A stretch of DNA of 64,000 nucleotides from Flaccisagitta enflata (lineage: Eukaryota): assembly GCA_965153355.1 (NCBI GenBank), contig OZ231126.1, forward strand, positions 18,662,001 through 18,726,000. The letters run 5' to 3'. A program made the translations under genes and the position numbers. Below are positions 55,801 through 64,000 of the stretch, in pieces. A model generated the notes under the pieces. The model worked only from the letters and a program-made list of their open reading frames with translations. It did no database searches and was not told where the DNA came from. Within the stretch, counting starts at the first letter, position 1. Every line of letters begins with the position of its first letter.

Positions 55801-57245
55801 TAGTAGGGTAGTAAATAAACAACGCCTGCAAAATTCAAATTAAATCTGAAGTCTGTTTTATGAGATATTAGCTTATTAATGTAGTAATATGTTACTATGA
55901 CTTAAGCAGTTTTATAGGCAAAGGGTAGTAAAGTTATGTGAATTCTTTTTTAATTTGGTATACAAGTAAACGATATTAATTGAACTGCCCCTGCAAAATT
56001 CGAATTAAATCTGAAGTCTGGTTTATAAGATATTAGCTTTTTAATGTAGTAATATGTTACCAGGACTCAGGCGATTTATATAGAAGATTGGAGTTGATGA
56101 ATTCTTTTACTTGCTCATTTATTACATTCTGATTTTTCTTTAGGTTTGCCATCATGGATTTCAAGATTCATCTTCAACTACTGGCATCATCTTCAACTAC
56201 TGTCATCATCTTCAACTACTGCCATCATCTTCAACTACTGTCATCATCTTCAACTACTGTCATCATCTTCAACTACTGTCATCATCTTCAACTACTGTCA
56301 TCATCTTCAACTACTGTCATCATCTTCAACTACTGTCATCATCTTCAACTACTGTCATCATCTTCAACTACTGTCATCATCTTCAACTACTGTCATCATC
56401 TTCAACTACTGTCATCATCTTCAACTACTGTCATCTTCAACTACTGTCATCATCTTCAACTACTGTCATCATCTTCAACTACTGTCATCATCTTCAACTA
56501 CTGTCATCATCTTCAACTACTGTCATCATCTTCAACTACTGTCATCATCTTCAACTACTGTCATCATCTTCAACTACTGTCATCATCTTCAACTACTGTC
56601 ATCATCTTCAACTACTGTCATCATCTTCAACTACTGTCATCATCTTCAACTACTGTCATCATCCTTGACTACTAAATTTTTGAAAAAATTTTTGAAAATT
56701 TAAAAAAAAATTTTTTTTTGAAAATTTTTCAAAATTTTTTTTAAAATTTAAAAAAAAAAATTTGAAAAATTTTTTTTAAATTTTTAAAAATTTTTAAATT
56801 TTTTTGAAAATTTTTAAAATTTTTAAAAATTTTTGAAAATTTAATTTTTTTTTTTTCTTTAAATTTTTTTGAATATTTTTTTCTTAGATTTTTGTTGTTA
56901 TTATCATTCACTGTTGTCATCATCATCATCCACTATTGTTGTCATTATTAAGATTTGTCATCATTAAAACAATATTGAATATTTTTTTTCTTTTTTTCTT
57001 GAAATTGCTGTCTTGTCGTGTATCTCATCGAGTTGCGTTTACGCAACGAGAAAGCTTCAAAAATTGCAGTCCCCAGTCGGGGACTGTAATTTTGAAGCTT
57101 TTTTCTTTCTTTCTTTTCCTTTCTTGTCAATGTCTCTTTCTTTCCTTCTTTCTTCCTTTCTTTCTTTCCTTATTTCTTTCCGTCTTTTCCTTCCTTGTCA
57201 ATGTCTCTTTCTTTTCTTCCTTCTTTCCTTCTTTCCTTCTTTCCT

Positions 57246-57277
<32 letters not shown>

Positions 57278-57317
57278 TCCTTCTTTCTTTCTTTCTTTCT
57301 TTTTCTCTCTCTTTGTT

Positions 57318-57357
<40 letters not shown>

Positions 57358-57517
57358 TCCTTTCTTGTCACTGTCTTTTTCTTTCCTTTCTTGTCACTGT
57401 TTCTTTCTTTCTTTCTTTCCTTCTTTTCCTTTCTTGTCACTGTCTCTTTCCTTCTTTCTTTCTTTCCTTCTTTCTTTCTTTCCTTCTTTCCTTCTTTCTT
57501 TCTTGTCACTGTTTCAT

Positions 57518-57593
<76 letters not shown>

Positions 57594-60500
57594 GTCTTTG
57601 CGTCTATGTCCCCGTCCATCTCTCATAAATGCCACCTAATGCTCCGCATGTTTTGATACCTTTTTCTCTGTTTTAAGGAGCTGGGCTGGTCACCCCATCT
57701 TGCGCCGGACGTTCTTAAGTGAGGGTCTGCATCCTCAAGAAGAAGACACAGAGATTGACGTCGACCCAAACGTCAGCGCCATCGTCAGGAAGAAGACCAT
57801 GGCCGAAAGTCTGCGCAACAATGTAAGTCCTTGAATTCTCGATAATCATCCACTGATAGCCCGGATAAATTTTTACGCTTCTAATGTGGTCATGTTATGG
57901 ATGAAAAGAAAGGTTAAATTTGACCTTAATTTGTTGATAAATCTTTGACTATTTCTTATGCAGAACCAAAGCATGACGGGCTCCGATTTGGAGGAGGACG
58001 CTTATGATAGGTGGGATGAATTGATTTACTTCAAGTGTACCTCTTTCTTGCGCGGGGTTCGTGCTCGTGCTCGTGGAGTCATTACTCTTACGTCATTTCT
58101 ATTTACACGTGTATTACAGAATGCCAACCAACTATCAACGGAAGCGAAGACTCGAATCACAACTGAGCCAGCACGGCGTCAGCGCCAAAAAACATGGGCG
58201 AATGTCACCAGGTGAATTTGACATTTCTGGTTAACTCACTGAATCGTGTGAATTGGTGTTCATGCAACGCTTGACTCATAACGCGGGTATCTATTGTGAA
58301 CCCCATGTTAGGGAGAAGAGGGAGGAAGCCAAAACGCGAGGTTCAGTCAAGTTCTCTCGATGCCGATTTCCAAGTAACCAACTATGACGGTGAGACTGTC
58401 AGCTTGCTCTGTTTGATTACTTTGCTTATTGCCATTGGCATTGACAGCCCCTATACAAGATTTCTCTCTTCTTTCTCTCCTATTTCGAAAGAGTTTCAAG
58501 AAGGATTCTCGATAAGCGAAGGCGATGACCGAAAGAAAAAAGTCAACGATAGTGTCAACTTTTGTTTATGTACTATTCAGGACTGAACGAATCTGCTGGT
58601 GCCGGTCCTCTTCACGAAGTCGACGAGTTTCGGTCAGGAGATAACTCGCTCCATCAAAACAACGAAGACCTCCAGCAGCATCAGATTCAACAGCAACTTC
58701 AACAGCAGCAGCAACAACAACAACACCACCCGCGACTACCCGCTTTGACTCCATTGCGATTTGGATCGTCCAATTTGCCAAATCAGCAGCCCAGTAGTCA
58801 CGATGGACTTTCGCCCCCTGATGAACATGGCCAAACGAACTTTGACGGTGTTGGTGGGGCAGACAGAGACGGTGCTGGTAGTTGTGACGGTAGTGGTAAC
58901 GTGAGTGCGGCCGTTGCCGACGAAGATGGCGACGTTCAAATACTCGACTCGGGGAATGGCGGCTTTTGGTCTCATCCGGCCGAAGGGACTTGCGAAGTTG
59001 ATTTCCACGCGGATAACAACGGTCCTAATGCCGACGACGAGAATGCGGCCGTCAACAGCCTGCCGCTGACGAAAGCCGAAGGGCTCGAGGGTGAAATTGG
59101 TGGCGGTCAGGTCGTTCCGTTCGTCAATCACGAGGAGGAAAAAGTAAGACCCCGTCTGCCTGATACATCTGTTTTGCTCTCATTCTTCTAATGTTTGAGA
59201 CGATCTGACATGCCCTCGTTTTTAGATGCGTCCTCGCATCTCTATAAGAGGGTCTGTCCGTCCGTCCGTCCGTCCGTCCATTACGCCTCCTTAAAAATCG
59301 CAGTTTTTGGCACTTTTCAGCCGCAAGGATGTAATATATCAAGTCGTTAGGATATTTTGTGAGCCTCATTTGATACTATGTCTTCATCTGTCTGTCCGTC
59401 CAAGTCTAGCGCCAAAGTCAATACACGCTGAGACACAGTCAGGACGCATTGTTGCCCTGTTGGGCTTGTTTGTATCTAGCAAATCCCTAAGTATCAACCT
59501 ATCTGTTTTCCGATCGGTCAGTCAGCTGCAGATTCCTGCCTGGATACGTTTTTGCCTGCCGCAACCCGCAGGTTGTCTGACAGCCAGTGGCTCTATCCAG
59601 TTTACACTTGAATCTCTCATTTCCAGTTCAGATTTTCGCTGGGAATTCCGGACGTACAGAGCGACAACGCCTACCTTTATCCCTCGGGTCGTATTTCGGG
59701 GAAAGGCACACGACCAAAGGCAATGTGGAAAGGTACGTAACAATTTGAGTATAGAAAAAAAGACAAATCGTAAGATTGAAAAATGAGCCGGGAGTAGAAA
59801 AACAAGAATAACAAGTCATCCAAGGATTGCACTCGGTAAGCGGTACCCGATGTCCTGCTGGGAGTGATAGCTGAGAGGGCATATTTGAGGCCTTTGGAGC
59901 AATTTTCCATGATATTCAATGGGAGCCTTGCATTTTTTCAATTTCTCATCAATTTGCCATGTTATTCAATGGGAATTTCACATTTTTTCCATTTTTCATC
60001 AATTTCCAATGTTATTCAAATTCGAAGTTTGCATTTTATCTATTTCCCATGTTATTCAATAGAGATTGAGGCTTGAGAAGCTTCGGGGGGGGGGGGGGCG
60101 GTAGGACGGACCTATGGAAATTCACCCCTGTGTCCTACAGGACATCGGCCCTTTTGGGCCGCTGCCCAAAAAGGAATGAAAAAAAATTAGGAAATTTAAA
60201 TGATTATTTTAAAATGCTCAAGAGAAATTACATTGAAATTGAAACAGCAAAAATTGTGTAAATGATTGAAAGAATGATCGCATTCGAACTACAGATTGAA
60301 TGGTACAGTAGATCTCGTCTAGACTTGAGATAACGGGGGCAAGCATTGTGGAACGACAAATGAAGGCAGAGAAGCGATATTTGGATCATAGACTAATCAA
60401 AGGATGACTAATTCCCCATGATAGCTGGTTGCCATGGAAACACATTTCCTATTAAAGTATCATATTTTGAGAGATTTTGTGAACAAAATGCTATGTTTGT

Positions 60501-61163
60501 AAGAATGCTTTTGGCGTTGCTAGGAGCGTATCCATGTGTGACAACCCCTAGCAACCGCTAAACGAGCGACATTCTTACAGAACATACTGTGGGAAAGTTG
60601 TAGCAAATTTTATTTTAAGCAATGTTCCCTAAAAAAATCTCTCAAAATATTGATACTTTAGCGAAAATACATGGAAATGTGTTTCCATGGCAACCAGCTA
60701 TCATGGGCAATAAAGCATCCCGTTATTATTTTATATTTGAAATATCACTCCCCTAGCTTCATTTGTTTTCTTACAATACTTGCCCCCGTTATCTCAAGTC
60801 TAGACGAGATCTACTGTATAATGATTTGACCGATTTTGGAAAGAGAGAATGGTTTTGAGAAAGGTAAAAAATGTAAAACAAATATTTGTCTCTTCATTCT
60901 TAAGAAACTGAATATCTCTTAACAAAATTGATTTTTCACTTTTAGGCTGGCGTTACTCGTTTCATTCAGAGAGCACAATTCGTAATGTGATGTTGTTCAA
61001 CTGCAGCCACCGCCAACAAAACAAATGCAAAGGACAAATCTCTGTGAACCGCGACTCTCTTCAAGTGGTCGGTCACAAGTTACACGATTTTGACACTAAC
61101 CCGGATATTGAAGCTACCCTCCAGGAAATTGACGAGAAAGAGCTCTTGGCCGGGTTCAAGTAG
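52447..61163 (+). CDS. Putative transcription regulator (~466 aa): N-terminal degenerate SRF-type MADS-like domain, basic NLS/AT-hook-like motifs, polyQ, C-terminal FLYWCH/WRKY-GCM1-like zinc finger; exons 52447-52598, 57678-57822, 57964-58010, 58120-58211, 58312-58389, 58581-59143, 59627-59732, 60946-61163
   Basis: Eight GT-AG, phase-compatible exons total 1401 nt. N-term [35 protein letters not shown]; middle QRKRR and [11 protein letters not shown]-term [59 protein letters not shown]. Domain calls are by eye. Confidence 0.72.
52926..55210 (+). mobile_element. Rearranged HINE-like element with ~166-bp repeats and two 19-mer arrays (53770-54307, 54715-55210)
   Basis: Starts gtcggtgactatg, then (GTCT)n, three ccctgcaaaattcgaattaaatctgaagtctgg units ~166 bp apart, and arrays of AACTACTGTCATCATCTTC and (A/C)ACTACTGTCATCATCATC. 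Confidence 0.7.
55342..57084 (+). mobile_element. Complete HINE/DINE-like element with ~166-bp repeats and a 19-mer array (56170-56662)
   Basis: 5' GTCCCCGACgaaaagttttcGTCGGTGAC hairpin and 3' cagtcccc-agtc-ggggactg hairpin containing GTCGGGGAC. Follows a T-run. Confidence 0.75.
57105..57593. repeat. (TTTC)n-rich simple repeat
   Basis: Directly visible; a similar tract is at 52745-52910. Confidence 0.9.
59219..59470 (+). mobile_element. Short HINE-like element; second copy at 61540-61826
   Basis: Both copies: tttttagatgcgtcctcgcatctctataagagggtctgtccgtccg...ttacgcctcct...cagtcaggacgcat..ttgcc...gggcttgtt. Confidence 0.7.
60306..60816. mobile_element. Foldback MITE, TA TSD, CAGTAGATCTCGTCTAGACTTGAGATAACGGGGGCAAG termini
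   Basis: Perfect ~38-bp terminal inverted repeats flanked by TA, with further imperfect internal palindromy. Confidence 0.88.
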
Positions 61164-61922
61164 CTTAAATTCTCAAATCATTTTCCGTTTGGTAGTATTA
61201 CTTAAATTATTCGTTTTTTTATGAACGCCCTTATTTAAATGAGTTTCGTCTTTTGAACTTACGTATTTCTTGGCATTGTTCTCCGTCGGTTCTTGTGTAG
61301 ATGTATGTATCCAAATTCTCACATCTTGACAGGAGCGATATAATCATTTGATCTGACTATGATATATGTATACCCGTTTTAAGCTTAAAAGGGTATATGC
61401 TCCTATTTTTACTTTTCGATTGTTACTTCAATCGCAACGCAATATGTATGAGCTGGAACAGACTGTTTTTTGGTACCATCTGCATCTTCTAGTTTTACTG
61501 GTTTTTGATCTATTTGATTAAAGTCGACCAGCCTGGCCGTTTTTAGATGCGTCCTCGCATCTCTATAAGAGGGTCTGTCCGTCCGTCGGTCGGTCCGTCG
61601 GTCGGTCGGTCGGTCGGTCCGTTACGCCTCCTTGAAAATCGCAGTTTTTGGCCCTTTTCAGCCGTGAGGATGTTAAGGATCAAGTCAAACACTCGTTAGA
61701 ATGTTCTGAGAGCCTCTTTTGATCTGATAATAAGTCTTTTCATCTGTCAGTCAAACCAAATCTAGTGCCGAAGTCGCTACGCACAGAAATGCAGTCAGGA
61801 CGCATCGTTGCCTGATCGGGCTTGTTATTTTGACGTCTCGGTGTTCAATGCCAGTTGTTCACTCATTCTTTTGTTTCGATATGTCCTGTTATTTTGGAAC
61901 GAAAAAATATATACGCCATATT

Positions 61923-63017
61923 CAGGGGTACCAATGTTAAAAAATTTTTAACATTTTTTAACATTTTTTAACAAATTTGAGATTTTAAAAGTTACAAAAT
62001 GTTAAAAAATGTTAAAAAATGTTAAAAAATGTTAAAAAATGTTGAAAAATATTGAAAAATGTTAAAAAATGTTAAAAATGTTTAAAAATGTTTAAAAATG
62101 TTAAAAAATGTTAAAAAATATTAAAATTTTTTAAAAATGTTAGGAAGTGTTAAAAGATGTTAAAATATCAGAAAAGGTTAAAAATATCAAGACGTAATAA
62201 GAAATGGTAAAAAACATTAAAAAAATGTAAGATCATTGAATATTGTTCAAGGATATTAAAAAAGTATTGAAAAACATCAAATGCAAACAGTTAATTTGAA
62301 CGCAAATCCATAAATTTTATTTTTTCCCGTCTCAAATGATAGTTTCTAGCAATTCTGATGTTCAAGAGTTCTGAGATTTTTATGGTTTTTTTTTCCCAGT
62401 ATTTGCTTTAATTCAAAATCTTAATTTGCAAGAATTACAATACATTACAATGTATGCAAAAATTCAGTCATGTGCTAGACAACTGGACAATCTGCTCTAT
62501 CCGTCCATCGGTCCATCTGTTGGCTAGTTGGATGGTCTATCACACTTTTTTTATGATTTTATGACCTTGCTGCTCTCGCCCAATCAGTTTAGTGACCTTT
62601 AATATGGCCCCTGCCCACTTACATGCGACCGAGTGTAACCTGCCTGTAACCTGCCTTGTTTTTTTGCATTTTTTTTACATTTTCATTTGTGCCATATCAT
62701 TTTATACAATTTTTTAACATTTTTTAACAATTTTTAACATTTTTTAACATTTTTTAACATTTTTTAACAATTTCTAGTTTCAAGTTATTTTAATATATTA
62801 GTTTTTAACATTTATTAACTTTTTTGACAATGTGTTATTTTCTAAATTATTTCATGATATTCCTATTACATTTTTTAACAAATTCAAAACATTTTGATAA
62901 CCTTTTGAGCGTTTTTTCATTACCATTTTTTAACATTTTTTAACATTTTTTAACAAAAACTTTAAAAGTTACAAAATGTTAAAAAATGTTAAAAATTTTT
63001 TAGCATAGGTACCCCTG
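61923..63017. mobile_element. Non-autonomous TIR element with CAGGGGTACC termini and inverted arrays of a 10-mer (AAAAAATGTT / AACATTTTTT)
   Basis: catatt|CAGGGGTACC...GGTACCCCTG|catatt; subterminal 10-mer arrays in opposite orientations. Confidence 0.75.
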
Positions 63018-64000
63018 CATATTGTAAGATGTGGTTGTCGATGTTTTTGGAGTCGATGCATGATTCCAAATGTACTCCACTATACTGTAGTCTAATTAGC
63101 CAAGACGTTTATCCGTGCAAGCATAAAGATATGCCGAACGATCGGTCCTAGGTGTAGCGTCCCTTGAATGCTCGCGAACACTCAGTCATAGGTTTTAAGG
63201 AGGGACAGAAAATCTAAGAATAGAAAATGCATGAAGGTAGATAAACATGGTTGGCGAATAGAAGTACTATGTGCTTAGGTTGCCATTTCACTGATAGATG
63301 GGCCGACTGACTGACAGACAGCGGGGTGTAGAGTTGCGTGGTTCCTGGCGTCGGTCTTGAAACCTTCCATGTATGTGACATGTGCAACAATTCATCCTAC
63401 ATAAAACTCATACAATTAATCAAAAGGAAACAGAAATTGACAAGAATTCGTAAATAATATGGACATTTATATAGTGTAAGCTTCCATTACATACACATAG
63501 ATACCTAAAATATGGTCTTTTGAAACACTATCAAAATTCCTTAGGCATATACTTTTTACTAAGGCCAGTGCTCTCTAAGGCTTCCATTCGAATGTTTGTT
63601 TCGTCCACCTGTGTTGACTCAGACCCGTATCGATGCTTGAATGAAACTACATGCACATGCTTCATTATTTGCGGATAAAAATTTTAAGGCGGCCGAGAGT
63701 AGAAAAATTGAGGTGTGAGTTTTACGACGCGAATTTTAATGCAGTCCAAGACTCCTAGGGGGCTGACGTAAAGTGAGCTAAAGCCTTAGTTAAGGAACGT
63801 CCCTTTAATTGCCATGTAGTCGTTTAGTATGATCATCATGATCCTTTTGCGTAAATATGGCAGTGGAAGGATATCCATCTAGTTATCAAACTGTTTAAGG
63901 AAGATAGGTAGACTCGACTGCAGCCTGCGAGAGTGGTTGATGCAATCTGGCGGGGAAACAATCATCGTTTACGCACAATTGAACCCTTGTCGAAAGAATT

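Noticed and set aside
53685-57656. ORFs with [19 protein letters not shown] and FFLS repeats
   Set aside because: Translations of 19-mer and TTTC arrays within an intron.
63530-64000. Possible last exon of a minus-strand gene (VDETNIRMEALESTGLSKKYMPKEF*)
   Set aside because: Only one short candidate exon. Upstream frames contain stops and the window ends, so there is not enough support.

Overview
Intron-rich metazoan (invertebrate-type) genomic DNA. Five host genes were assembled by hand from splice sites and reading phase: the 3' part of an Abi (Abl-interactor, SH3) gene (+), an unknown ~284-aa coiled-coil gene (-), a VAP gene head-to-head with it (+), a complete 14-exon WDR1/AIP1 gene (+), and an unknown ~466-aa gene (+). 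A full-length 13.1-kb BEL/Pao LTR retrotransposon (-, 1242-14340, 5-bp TSD CCTGC) lies in an Abi intron. The remaining non-coding DNA is rich in Helentron/DINE-like elements carrying satellite arrays, TA-flanked foldback MITEs and minisatellites. Top leads: (1) the BEL/Pao element has no tRNA PBS but has an 11-nt site complementary to the predicted first 11 nt of its own transcript, a Tf1-like self-priming layout; (2) it also has TG..TA termini and non-env ORFs at the env position; (3) VAP has a skippable 856-codon coiled-coil exon; (4) the 466-aa gene joins an SRF-type MADS-like domain lacking its basic residues to a FLYWCH-like zinc finger. All gene models are manual and no database searches were run.
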